Below are positions 10,193 through 22,676 of a DNA stretch of 64,000 nucleotides, one piece after another. Each line of letters begins with the position of its first letter. Position 1 is the first letter of the stretch. The translations under genes and the position numbers were made by a program. Origin of the DNA: Marsupella aquatica (Eukaryota; Plantae; Marchantiophyta); contig OZ316896.1 of NCBI GenBank assembly GCA_973895155.1, positions 8,019,539 through 8,083,538 on the forward strand, written 5' to 3'. The notes below the pieces were generated by a model, which was given only the letters and a program-made list of their open reading frames with translations, was not told the origin of the DNA and did no database searches.

Positions 10193-13100
10193 ATGGATCC
10201 TACCAGAACTTCAAAGCGGAAAAGAGACTCATCTAAAGCTGCTTCTCGTAAGAAAGCCAAGACAAAAATGACTCCCGCGGAGACATCCATACTTGCATAT
10301 CGAGGAAAGTCAATCAGAGAGAGAACAACGGAGACAAAGAGTATCCATCTCTTTGATTCGATTGAGATATCCAATTTTGGAATAGTCGTTTGCAATGGGG
10401 CTGTCCGTCTTGTGGTGGCAAAAAATGATAAAGCTACAATTTTGGAGAGATCACAAATTCTTGGATGTTTCTTTGAGAAGAACATGAAAGTTAAAGAGTG
10501 TACAGAGAGATTGGTTCTGCTAGTCAGCGACGACCAGCAGGAGGACAAAATAAGTATTTGTTTGGATCAAACGCAATATGTAACCTTCAATCAGCCCAGA
10601 ATCAATGATCTTCTAGGTGCAAGGCACGCCTTGGAAAAAGTTACTAGTGTGGGATATCCTTCCAATCCAGAGGGATCAACGGGAGATTTGATTTGTCAAT
10701 ACATTATTGACATACTTGAGTTCTAGAGAGTTCCTTTCAACCAGGGATTTCGCTTGGGAAAGCCCCCCCAGTGACCAAGGTTGAAGTATACTCGGCGGAG
10801 AATCTTCCAAAAGTAATTACCTCAGCGAATGTCGGGGCTTTGTTCGATTCTTTCCTCAAAGAATATAGTGTTGTGAATATATTTAACAGCAAGTCATTTT
10901 TTGTTGAGACATCATGTTGTCATCTTGCACCGGACCACATCAAGTGCCGAGAGTGGAATCAGGATTACATAGATAGGCTAAAGAATTCACTCCTCTCTCA
11001 TTCGGCTATAAAGTTTGAAAAGCAATGCTGCTTTTTAGTCCTTGTGAAGTGGGTTCAGTCGGAGGCCGACAGAGATCCCGACTACAATGGGACGCCCTAT
11101 GATTCGGCGCCAACGGAGGAGGACATTATGACCAATCATTTTTGGATACTCAGAGGCCAGCACACAATAATGGCGTACAAATTGCTGAAAGAGGATGACA
11201 AAGTCAGCCAAGTTGTACGAGACGCATGCGGTACTATAGAAGCTGTAATGTTTTGGGCAACGCTCAACAACGACAATAATGTTCATTTGATGGGACTATC
11301 GAAGGCTCTGAACCACTATCATCAAACATCAATGGAAGAATGACAGTTTCTCACCATTATACGACAGTGTCGTAATATCTGGAACTCATTTGGGTGGCCT
11401 GGATCACATTATCGTCATCCAAATTGGAAGGTATATAAATAACCCTCTTCGATCACATTATCGTTTAAAATTTTGTCACACGAACGGTCGCGTCAATCTT
11501 AGAATTTTTCTCACGTGAACGGTCGCGTCAATCTTAGAATTGTCATGTTTCCATTGTTTTTCAGGTATTTATGAGAGCTACGAGTTTTGTTTGTCCATGG
11601 GCTCAAATGGGGAAGAACAAAATGATGAAATTTGGAGAATTGGCTCCGTTTCTCTTTACAATGGAGGATGAAACATTCAAGAAGTGGATGGAGGTCTACA
11701 AACTATCAAGGACAAGAGAGCTTGTAATTTACAATGGAATTTTATAGAGGGACGCCGTCAAAATTGCGGATGATCCTTGTGCTTATCATCTTCTGAAGAA
11801 GATGTTCTGTTCTTGTCAAGGGTGCTCGGACTTGGGTCTTCGAAAGGCAGCGGAATATATGTTGAGCGGAAGATTGTCTATACTAAAAAACCGAAGCATC
11901 AAAGTAAAATCTGGGAAGGCGAGGAAGTCCTCTAAGGCTCCAGTGTTGTCAACGACCAGCATGAGTTTGGAGCAATTATGTATAAAGACGAAGACAAAAG
12001 TTGAGTTTGAGATTTTATTATCAACGAGGATACATCCACCCGGACGAAGCTGAAAAGTCTGACAGATTCAGCGCGGAAATTGTGGGTCAAAGGAATGATT
12101 GATCGCTTTAAGCTTGACAAGATGGTGCTGAAGTAGTTGAGAGATGCGCTGAGTGGTTATCTAAAGAAGTGCTTAATGTAAATATTAGTAATGATAATTT
12201 GTTAAAAGAGATCAACCCGATATTCTATAGGTTGGTGGAAGGAATACAGAAATCAGTTGATAGTCAAGGAAACCAACTAGTGCGGCCAGTCGGTGAGAGG
12301 CTAAAATTGCGATCCCTGCAGGATATACAAAATACTGGGTTTACAGACTGTATCATACGTGAAGACAAGAACCTTGCAAGCTTGATTTATTTTGATTCCT
12401 CATCAATGGGAGATTTGCGTCCGCCAAATTGCTCATTCTATGAGGGGTTATTTTGTGCTACTAGCGAGATAGGGGCAAAACCACACCATGTGGTTATTAT
12501 TGTAGCCTCTCCCGTTGAGTCTTATGTAATCAAACAGGAATTAGGGAAGTACACACACTACGTTGCTGTCGATAGCCATTATATTCAGAAGCGGCCGAAG
12601 GAGAAGAAGCTTATTGTAACCTACACTTTTCACAGCTTGGCCTTCAGCACAATGGGCGATCCACAAGCCCGCAAGTTCCAATTGGTCTCCAAATATCAGA
12701 TTGAGAAGATAGCCAATTTTGAAGAGAGCGGCGAGTACACGACACCTTCCCCAGAAAAGATACTTCCATTCTTTGAAAGTATTGTTAGTCAATTCGTCCA
12801 ATGTGGGGAATGGGCTATATGCTTCGGCGAGGGAACGAACTTGATCTAGTGCTTAATGGTAAGTTTTGAGATTTATATTTTGGGGTTTCAATTTTAAGAT
12901 TATTTAGATTTTTATATTCTCAATTAATATTGTGAACTAATTTCGGCTTTTTTTACAGGATGCTAGATCCAATGTAAAATATTATTGCCCTGTGGCAACG
13001 CATAGGGAGTTGTCTTGTTTCTTGCAACACACCACGACGACAATTGATACAACGCTGTCATTGATTGACCCAGTATGGGCTAGTATAGAAAAATGTATAG

Positions 13101-14941
13101 ATAAATTAATGAAGTACCGTCCCTCCGTAACTGCTCTCAGAGCTGATGTTTTGGATATCCTCCACAAACAACATATCCCTGATAATATTTTTAATCAATT
13201 ATTGCAAGAGTATGCCCTCTCTGAAGATTCCGATCAATTGTACATTCGACCAACGGAGTACCCTCGTGGGCCAATCCAAGGTAGGTTACTTTTGAACCCT
13301 CTTACTTTTTCTTGCGTCACGCGAACATGCGCATGGACATTCTTAACATTTCTTTTCACATGAATATGCGCGTGAGTCATTCTTATCTAATGATCTGATT
13401 TTATTCAGATCAAGCCGACTGCGGCTTCAATATTGAGGATGCAGGGAGCAATGGTGATGCGGATGGTGAGGGGTGATGGAAGGTGACGCGGAAGGTGACG
13501 CGGATGGGGATGTCAATGACCAAGATCCAGAGTGGATGACCGATACGTAGAACGACGTCGGAGATTCCAACAATAGCGAGGAAGAGAGTGACGGAGAGGA
13601 GATGAAGGACGCTGAGGACGCTGATGAAGAGGACGAGGAGATGGAGGGTTCTGATGTCCTCGACATGAGGCGGACCGAGAGGAGGCGGCCCGGCAGAGGA
13701 GGCCAGAGAGGAGTTGGCCCGGCAGGAGGAGGCCCGGAAGGAGGCGGCCGGCAAGAGGAGCTTCAAAAGAAGGAAGCGGCCCGGCAGGAGGAGGCCCGAC
13801 AAGAGGCGGCCCAGCAAGAGGAGCTTCAAAAGAAGGAGGCGACCCGACAGGAGGAGGCCCGGTAGGAGGCGGCCCAACAAGAGGCGGCCCGACAAGAGGC
13901 GGCCTGGCAAGAGGAGCTTCAAAAGAAGGAGGCTAAGAAGAAAAAGGCGGCAGCTAGAAAAGCAACTGCCGCAAAGAAGAAGGAAAAGCCAACGCTGAGA
14001 AAGCCCAGGCTGAGAAAGCCCAGGCTGAGAAAGTGGAGGCGGAGAAAGCCCAGGCTGAGAAAGCCCAGGCTGAGAAAGCCCAGGCTGAGAAAGCGGAGGC
14101 TACAAGAGTCCTTTTAGTGATAGAGGCAAATAGGGCCAAGGCGGAGAGTGTGGCGGCTGAGAGGCTGCTAGCCGAGAGGATGGCGGACGAGATCGAACAG
14201 ACCGCAAGACCGGAGAGGGTAGGCGGAGAAGGTGGAGGCAACGAGGAAGGAGGCCGAGAGGGCCAAGGATCTTTCGCTTATTCCTGAGGCAAACATCTAC
14301 CAAAAATAAAGCTGAATTTGAAGAAGCCTTCTTCACCCTCAGTTGCAGTTAAGAAGACAATATTAGACTATTTTCTTCGCCCGGAGTTTGAATTTAACGA
14401 TCCACCCTTAAGTACGGTCTCATTGGATGATTGGAATAAATATTCACCGAAGCAGCTCCATGTCCAGGCTGTCCTTGCTTTGCAATATTGGAAGGGTCTT
14501 TTGATTACCGAGGAGAAGACTACCACTGCATCCAGAATGGAGACAATCATCAATAATGTCCACTTTTTCAAGAATCGAGTGCAAGACTTGGGAACGTCTT
14601 TGGCACCAGACTCGGCTCAAGTCGTTAAGAGACTAACAGATGACTTGACTTGACTGGGTTCGTGGTCTCGACCCCGATATACTGCAGAGGTCACTCGCGC
14701 AGAAATTGTGGCACCGAATATTTTGGAATTGGATTCCCAGATTGTGGAATATTTAAATCAAATGCCACAACCATTTGAAGGTCTTCCCGCCTCATCGCTC
14801 CAACCTTCGCAAACTGGTCCGGTGGAGCGATCACTACGGTCTCGAGGAGGGCTGAAGGATGTTGTTGCAAAGGAGGCACCCAAGAGATCAGCTGCGAAAA
14901 GGCCGGATCCACCCAATCCAAAGGTCATTCGCAAGCTATAA
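10193..14941 (+). pseudogene. Multi-exon gene: ParB/Srx-like domain, degenerate amino-MTase-like domain, acidic and coiled-coil repeat tail
   Basis: ParB-like FWILRGQHTIMAY in 10771-11343; MTase-like remnants LIYFDSS and FESIVSQFVQCGEWAICFGEGT in 12169-12849; GT-AG introns 11431-11564, 12859-12958 and 13281-13408; several stops and frameshifts. Confidence 0.6.
13680..14100 (+). repeat. Coding 15-bp minisatellites (EAARQ and AEKAQ pentapeptide repeats)
   Basis: Repeated gaggcggcccggcag and gctgagaaagcccag units. Confidence 0.85.
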
Positions 14942-15119
14942 GCTTAAAGTTTATATTATAGCCATCATTATTTTATTATTGATTTATTATTATTTCTGTT
15001 TTTTGAGGTAGAACCCTTAGGCTACAACCTCAGTACGTTATTTGAAGGCGTACTGAAATCTCTATTTTTTGCAGTTTTTTGAAAATTTGGCTAGTCAAAT
15101 AGATCAATGCCTTGATCCT

Positions 15120-18100
15120 TGTGACGCCGCCGGTACGGCGGTTAATGAGTGATTCAGTCTAACTGCGCTCGGCACGCGCGTTAGGTGGGTCTTAGGCCGC
15201 TATTATTAGCATAACGACAGTATTTAGGTAATCATTAGGGGTAGGACATCATTAGGCAATAAGGGGGACTTCAGGTTTGGGCTGGCGGCGGGTCGCTATT
15301 TGCACACTCGGGTTACGAGCGTGGAAGGGCCCATCCCTCGGGTCCGTATAACAAACTTAAGGAAGCGGCCACTGACGCACGCTGACTCAGACCGGCGGAG
15401 TGGCCGGTACACCACAAGCGTGAGCGGTTCAGCCTATGGGCGTCAAGGAGACGTCGGGGATCGACAAGCCCTCAAAGTATAAAAGGGGAGCCAACCCTTT
15501 GTAGTGCACCAATCCATCAGTCCGCGCGCCAGCTTCGACCCTAGCTCTCCCGTTCTCTCTAGGTCGCCACTACTATCTCCTCTGAATGTCGCACACGATC
15601 CTCTCCAGCTCAGCCATTCGATTCTGGATGCAGTTCCTATCTACCGGAAGGCACTTGGTCGATTCATTGAAACACGCCAACCCGCGCCGATACGAAATCG
15701 AACGCGAATACGAGAGAGCCATCCGCCTAGCAGGACGATACCACTACGTCCTTAACTTTGACTACCCATCTCAGAGCGAGCTTTATCGACCAGCAGAGGT
15801 ATCTGGGTACTTCTTCAACGGAGACAAATATATCGGGTTCTGGGAAGCATTGCTTCGGCTTCCGGACGAGGTCTTCAACATCCCGGGTACAATCGACCTG
15901 CAGTGACATCACTTTGACCACATCCCTGCCCGGGTTCGGGCTGTCATTAACGGCGAGTCCAGTACCAACCGTTCGACAAGGGCGTCCGCACTCGCTTCGG
16001 AGAACTTCTACCAGCACCTGCAGAGCTTCATGGGAACTCGGCCATCAACCAACATGACCAACTTAGCCGTGCCCGTACCCGTACCCGTGCCCATGCAACC
16101 CCAGCCTCAACCTTAGGCTCAGCTTCAGCTTCAGCCTCAGCCGCAGCCTAGCCAAACCCCACCACCTATCACCCAGCCAGCATAGGTACGCTCCGTCATC
16201 AACGCTGTGGATCTTAGCGATGACGACGAGGCTACCCCACCCTTGACCAGGCGGCCCAGAGGAACAAGCGCTCGGGGGGCCGACACTATATCGTCCCCAC
16301 CCCCTGCTCTGACCCCAGGAGCGGCCCCAACAGACAACATGGTGACCGTGGCTGCCCCGGGCCCGTTACCAACGGTAGTGGCCCTCCCCAGGCCCGATCG
16401 GGAGGATGGGGAAGTATCACCTTCCCCGAGTCAGTCACGGGGAAAGAAGAGGAAGGAATCCGCCACTGCATCCGGGTTACCATTGGCCACGGTAGCCGTA
16501 GCCAAGGTGACGATGCACCGCATGGGGGAAAACGTTCACAGCAACATCCTCCATCCCAAGCATGCGGTGTACCTGAAGACTCAGGGATTTGAGCACCTCG
16601 CCTCTCTCCCCTGGAACACTTGCAGGTACTACGGGGAGGACATGACAGAATTCGTCAAGAATTATGACGACGTATGTCAACAGACTCGGCTGCGGGGAAG
16701 GAATATGTCCCTCATAGAAGAACGGCTCAAGATGATCTTCGGGTTACCCGAAGGTGACCATCGAGTCAAATCACGGGCTCCCGGGGGCAAGGGAGCCAAG
16801 TACCAATCTTCAAGTTTTCCCCCAGATGGAGCAGTGGACAACGGGTTCGTGATGAAAACCTGCCTCATCCCCGAGATAGCTGAGCGACTGGAGTTCCAGA
16901 GGTACGCCCTCCACATGATGGAACCCCGGGGGGAGATCTCCACCGCCCAGGTTATCCAGGTCGAGAACTATCGACCTAGGAGGTGGGCGTCGTACTTCAC
17001 TAAGAAATTCCATGAAGAGATGGAGCGGCGAAGGAAGACGCGTACATTGGCGGGAAGGCGTATTTCGCTAGCCACATCGAAATCATTCTTGAGTGGTACG
17101 CCCGGTTTGATCGACGAACCCTTCCCCGCATCAACGTTACAAAGCTGGTCCCAGCTAGGTGGGTTTTTCCGGCATTGGAGAGATGGCCCCAACCCGAGGC
17201 CCAAAGTCCAGTGGACACGCCAGCTTCACCCACCCCACCTCCACAAATAGCTGTAATCGTAACCGAGGAGGCGTCGGAGGGGTCGGTCATCGCAACCGTT
17301 GATGCGACCCAACTAGCCGGGCTAAGTACAAAAGTTGGTACGGCAGAGGTCTTACCCGAACCCGGGTCTCCCAAGGACCCACTGATGGCAATTCCAAAGA
17401 ACCGGACATTGCTGCAGGAGGACACTCCAGCCCCTTCCAACGTTATGTCCCCAGGGCTGGACGTCATTGCCCCGGCCCCTGGGCGTGTTGACGTCTGCCC
17501 GTGCCCAAATCCGGATAGGCACAACTTGGACCACCCAGAACTCTTCGTACAGGGTACGTTTCTGAACGGGCTTCTGGGAGATTTCTCTCATCAAATTGCC
17601 CGGGATACCGGGGAGTTCATGGCCCGGAAGGTAGCCTGTTTCTTCAATCAGGAGTTGGTTGCCGTAGTAAAGGCAGGTCGGGCCCAGTCGGAGGCCCTTC
17701 AGAGGATAGAGCAGTACCGGGTGGAGTCCGTGTACCTAAAGAACGAAGTGGCGGCTCAAGAGGCTGAGCTTCTGCAACTACGACCCAAGGTTGTAGCCGC
17801 CGATGAGTTGTTAGCAAAGGCGCACGCTCTTACCGCCCTAGCCGAACAGGCCAAAGCTAGAAACGAGGCCGAGATTACACGACTCTGGACCCAGATTGAC
17901 AGTTTGAAGAAACAAGTTGTCACCTGGCAGAAAGACCTGGAGGAGGCCGAGGAGCGAGCCCAGCGGGACACGGCGGAGATAGCCACGCTGCAGGCCAAGA
18001 TAGTGCGGCTCCAAACCGAGGCCGAGAAGCAGGATCAGCTGGCGGCTAAACTTACGAGCGATGCCCAGCAGCTGAAGGAGGCATGTCAGGAGGCAGTAGA

Positions 18101-18150
18101 GGAGACGGACGCGGCGAGGTGAGAGAACGAATCTCTGCTGGACCAGGTCA
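15120..18150 (+). mobile_element. 3'-truncated copy of the 4-kb protein-coding LTR (same family as 49281-53258)
   Basis: Starts TGTGACGCCGCCGG and is colinear with 49281-~52280; similarity ends at about 18150. Confidence 0.9.
15586..18122 (+). pseudogene. LTR-internal gene: unknown N-terminal domain, plant retrotransposon accessory domain (Transposase_32-like), coiled coil
   Basis: ORFs 15586 and 16207 are in frame across stops; frameshift near 17030 into the frame of 17175-18122; GFEHLASLPW...EFVKNYD...LRGR...IFGLP; TATAAAA at 15478. Confidence 0.65.
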
Positions 18151-18523
18151 ATTCCAGAACCCATTTTTGCCAAGGATGGCCGACTCCTTCCGCGCCGGCC
18201 CGCGTGAAAAACTTGTGGACGTCTTGGACGGTGTCAGGGGAATCTTTAGTTCTTGGGAAGCACCGAGCTCTTGTTTTTCCTATCTTGGAAGAAACCTTTC
18301 CAAAATACGTCCTTTCTCACCTCACATTACCCTTGCGATCCCCTTTGTCGATCAATTTCTCTCACCGTTATCCTCTAAAATATCTCTCACAGCCTTTGTC
18401 CCACTCTACGATGAGCGGCTTCCTCACACTAAGCCTCGAATCGGCCTATCCTCTTTCCACATAACTTACTTCCCAAGTCAAGTCATAGATTGCAATTTCC
18501 AACGAATCCTACAATTAGACAAG

Positions 18524-18769
18524 TCAATTATAGAAAACAAAGACTATGATCTTAAGATTTACCATAGATGATATAATCACAGGCTCTGGCATCCTAAGTA
18601 TAACATTGTATCTTTCATCTCCATACTTTCTAACTAAAACATCTCTACAATCAACCTTCTTACGGCATACCACTCTAATGTCAATAGATGAAGGAAAATC
18701 AGACATATTATTAGGAAGCCTATTCAAATCTAACTTCGGTACATTTAAGGATTGTCTATTAAAATCCAT
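18524..18769 (-). CDS. Small ORF2 (81 aa), homolog of 47984-48193
   Basis: DLNR.P...DIRVVCRKKV...LVRKYGDERYNVIL aligns with DLNKPP...DIRFVTRPKV...IVRRYGEKSYDVVL. Confidence 0.7.
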   Translation of the reverse strand: MDFNRQSLNVPKLDLNRLPNNMSDFPSSIDIRVVCRKKVDCRDVLVRKYGDERYNVILRMPEPVIISSMVNLKIIVFVFYN

Positions 18770-19012
18770 CTAATATAAAATAAAAATAGTTACATTCCAT
18801 TCATTTCCATAAACAACAATCGGGTATACAAATGGTGCATCGCTATTCATAACTATTTCCATTAACTCAAACCCAAAATGATAAAAAAGATGCATTCTCA
18901 TGGTATGCTTGCTAAGACAATGAATTCTAATTAAGAAAGGATTGACAAATGGCACAGCAGGTGGGGGATAAACTCTAGGTACTCCATTTATCATATTATT
19001 CATTACAAGCAC
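18770..19012 (-). CDS. Small ORF1 (about 75-80 aa), homolog of 48195-48428
   Basis: NPFLIRIH.L.K..M..H+..HFG...NS..P.VYP.VVY...W..TIFILY is conserved in both copies. Confidence 0.75.
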   Translation of the reverse strand: MLVMNNMINGVPRVYPPPAVPFVNPFLIRIHCLSKHTMRMHLFYHFGFELMEIVMNSDAPFVYPIVVYGNEWNVTIFILY

Positions 19013-19315
19013 ACTAAATTGATCTCAAGACTAATAAACATAAAACATAAAATAGTTCTAAGGCTAACAATCAAGTTAGTACCCAAGCATGGAGGTAAAT
19101 AATAAACAAGACATGTGCACAAGGAGGGAAGAGTTCCTTACAGTGTTGCGAGTCCAACACGATAGATCAAACAATGCAAATGCGGAGAGTGTGCTCCTCT
19201 TCACTTTATTTATAGTGCCCCTTTGTGTTTTCCAAGAGGGCATGGATCGATGCCTTGACCCTTGGATGGAAGCCAAGTGGCAAGCATCAAGCACCTATAA
19301 GTGTGCTAGTACTAT

Positions 19316-19560
19316 TCATAGTTGGTGGAACTACTGTGCGTAGTTGGTGGAATTATTACGCGTAATTGGTGGAACTACTATGCGTAATTGGTGCAACTAC
19401 TATGCGTAGTTGGTGAAACTACTATGCGTAATTGGTGCAACTACTATGCGTAGTTGGTGAAACTATTATGCGTAATTGGTGCAACTACTATGCGTAGTTG
19501 GTGGAATTACTATGCATCTAGTTTGTAAAACTACTATGCGTAAATGGTGGAACTACTGTG
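19316..19560. repeat. 22-bp tandem repeat, about 11 copies
   Basis: aactactatgcgta(g/a)ttggtg(g/c/a) units. Confidence 0.9.
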
Positions 19561-20270
19561 TACCATTGTAGAATGTACACACTACATATAGAATGTAACA
19601 TATATGCTCTAATAGTACTACTATGAAGCTTTTAAGTAAAACTCTCTTCACATAAACTCAAATAACACAATATGGATTCTAGCCTTCTAAAAGGAATCCC
19701 CACGACAACGGCCTCCACGTAGGGACGTCCGGGACGTCCACCCCGCCACGACCTAATCTGACATTCGTGCCGGCCTGAGCCTTTTTCTCCGTTTTTCTTT
19801 GAGGGACGTCCATGGCGGCCGGCAATAGGGCGCAAGCTTTGATCCTCAGTGCTCACTCGTTAGACCACCATTCAAGCTCGTTTCAATTGCTATAGTAGCG
19901 CAACTGCCTAGAGAATGTTCACCCCGATTCTGAAATGCCATTGATGAGACGTTGAGGAGTATTGGGTCATCAATGCTCTCTGATTTCTTGGAATTGAAAA
20001 AATTCCAATTTTGAGAGCTTTGCCTGATTAGAGCTCCTTCATTTCTATCTCTTTCCAGTTCATTTCTTCTCCCACAGCAGCAGCTACCTTAGATCCCTGA
20101 GATTTCATTCCTGAGTCTCAATGCTTAACCATTTTTAGGAGGAGAGCTCTCGAGCCTTCTCAGATTTTTTGAGCTATGGCCACCAGGAGCTTACCAATTA
20201 GTAAGGCCATTAGGGTGACCTACCACCAGGTCCTAAGGCTTACTTTAGACTCCTTAGTAACCTGGTAGAG

Positions 20271-22037
20271 ATGGGTTTGAGTTCCTTACTTTTTCTTCCT
20301 TGGGATATGGTGCATGGGTCCATCATTGCCAATTTTCTTTGTCCACCCCGAGCTGGCGCTTTCCGGAGTTCTACTAGAGGTTCAGCTGATGTGTGTACCG
20401 CCGCCGTTGTTTCTGAGGTGTACCAGTTGAGCCAAGAGGGACAGAGACTGATCTCTGTTGGGAAGGACTTGACTGTCCCCTACTTTAGAGGTACCAGGGA
20501 CCGGAGGTCTGGTTGGAAGATTGATCAGTGCAGGAACCGGGAGTTAGCTCATCTACTCCGATTCCTTGTACCTATCTTTCATCCGACCAAACCCACCAGG
20601 GCTATGGTTTACTTGACCAGCTCTATCATCGTTTCATGGACCGGCAAGAGGAGGATCAACTGGGCCCTAGCTCTTTCGAAGGTGATCGACAAGCAGGTGG
20701 CTGTCCTGTCTACTACCGGTGACATATCTGACACCCTACTTGGCGCACATTTACTTTTTGAGAGGCTGCTTGTTACTAGTGGAGCTGAGCGATTGGAGGA
20801 GGAGAGCGAAACACTTTGAGCTCCCTCAGCCAGAGTTAGCGAGAGAGTTGACTCCACCGCCTACGACATCTTCGAGACCCCCTCTAGTGGAGCAGATGTC
20901 AGCACCGGATCTACCAGGGATGACTTCTCCCTCTTTTGTTGCTTCCACTTCTTCCTCGTCATGGACTGATTTTGTTGGTGATGCTGAGCGACTAGCTAGT
21001 GTGGCTGGTTTCAACCAGCATTTGGTAGATGAGGCCACTAGACTCTTGAGTTGTACTCCTCTGTAGTTACTTGACTGTATTCGTGCTTTGCTTTCCGAGT
21101 CTCGTACCGCCCCACCCCCTCATGTTTCACCCCTTGCACCTTCACCACAGCCTGATCACCCTATGGATGTGGATGAGCTGGAGGTACCTATCGCTGATCT
21201 TTCACTCCCCCCTCCATCCTCACCTACACCCCCTCTACCTGATGCCATTCCTTCCCCTATTCTCAATTCCCCTATCCCTCCTACATTTACACCTGAACAT
21301 CCTTCATCTCCTACCCCTGAGCCTTTACCCCCTTCACCAGTACCCCTCCAGATCCATTTTCCTCCATTGAGGATACCACCCTATTACCCCTTGATGACTC
21401 ATTTCCCTCTCCTACCAGGGAAGGAAATGAACCCATCCATGAGCCTATTCCCGAGACTGAGCCTGAGCCTAAGATTGTAGAGCCTCCCAGTGTACCATTG
21501 CTAGCTCGTACTCTTTTGATGTCTCAGCCTCCTATTGTCTCTTCTTTTGCCGACATTGAGCCTCTTTTTGTCTTTCCCGCCCAGTTTGATAGGATGATTA
21601 CGTCACTCATCGACGCACGCACTCCTCTTGCACCTCCTTTACCTCCACTTATGTTTGGTCGTGAGTCTTTCCCTTTTCCACACACCTCTGACATGGTTCC
21701 GATTTCTCATGGTATTCTGTGGCTACCTATCAACAAGCTGAGATTACCCACGATTGAGACTCCTGACCTTTGGAGTTGGGTTTATCATTGTAGAAAGGTC
21801 ATAGCACCTTTCCCTCTTCCAGCTCCAGACATTCCATGGCCATCGGATTACTTTGTTTGGATCAGACCGGATGGACATCCTATCCGAAAGACCAGTGAGC
21901 CCCGTTTGATTCGTTACCGTGAGGACCTTTTTCGTCGACAGTATTTGAAGGGACAGAGGACCAAAGGGAAGATAGCCCTTGGTTATGTAGCTTGCCTCCC
22001 TCTACTTGTAGTCGACCCTCCTCCTATTACAGTATGA
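20271..22037 (+). pseudogene. Retrotransposon accessory gene (Transposase_32-like domain plus Pro-rich region), disrupted
   Basis: GLSSLLFLPW...GWKIDQCRN..L..LL.FLVPIFHP.KP...INWA...TYLTPYLAHIY resembles the 16207/50342 proteins; frameshifts and stops. Confidence 0.55.
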
Positions 22038-22255
22038 GATTAGTATTTTATGTATAGACTTTTACTTAGCTTTGACTATTTGACTATCCCTTAGTCAAAG
22101 TTGACTTTTACTTTACTTAGTTTAGACTTAGGAAATGAAGAGGCATGTCTCTTCATTCTCCTTAGCCTGTGGGCGATCTCATGTACTTATTGTAATACCA
22201 GTCTCATTTTGAGACAGTGTGGATAGTTATTTGCATCTCCTCATCTTGGAGTTTT

Positions 22256-22676
22256 TGTTGGGTATTTACTCTTACGTCTAGGTTAGGTATGACGTGGTTG
22301 GTACAACAACGTGGGTTGGTACAACTACGTGGTTAGGTACAACTACGTGATTAGGTACAACTATGTGGTTAGGTACAACTACGTGATTAGGTACAACTAT
22401 GTGGTTAGGTACAACTAAGTTGCACACTATATCATAAGAGGCATGTGTGCTTGGAGAGGTAGAACCAAGGCTCATTGTTATGGAGCCACTTGAGAGATAG
22501 GGAGAGCTTACACTGTGGAGACTCGGTATAGCCGACGGGCTTAGAGTTCAATAAAGCTCTCTTGTGTGTTCCCGTGGACGTAGCCTCAAGGAGGTGAACC
22601 ACGTATCTCTTGTGTCGACTATTGTGCGTTGGATGGTTCATGGGCTTGCCGTTGCGTTCGTCGTCTATGCTCAACA
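22256..22676 (+). mobile_element. Solo LTR (421 bp, copia-like) with 5-bp TSD GTTTT
   Basis: TGTTG...CAACA termini; GTTTT at 22251-22255 and 22677-22681; AATAAA and CCCGTGGACGTAG...AACCACGT near the 3' end; internal 18-bp tandem repeat at 22294-22417. Confidence 0.9.

Larger units (their letters stand above)
219..15119. mobile_element. Element A: large cargo-carrying DNA transposon (Sola-like transposase, F-box-like ORFs, ParB-like gene); ends not visible
   Basis: All parts share the dispersed palindrome CACGCGAC-NN-GTCGCGTG (2252 to 13374); interrupted at 15120 by an LTR; extends off the left edge. Confidence 0.6.
18151..19707 (-). mobile_element. Truncated LTR-like leader starting TGTCGTGGGGATTC: tandem repeats, TATA box, two small ORFs
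   Basis: Same terminus and layout as the element ending at 53417; CTATAAATAAA on the minus strand at about 19205-19215. Confidence 0.6.

Noticed and set aside
13410-14336. Minus-strand Leu/Ala-rich ORFs
   Set aside because: Antisense shadows of the plus-strand coiled-coil repeats.
19691-19710. tRNA fragment or PBS (GAATCCCCACGACA)
   Set aside because: No CCA/TGG end and no cloverleaf; better explained as an element terminus shared with 53404-53417.
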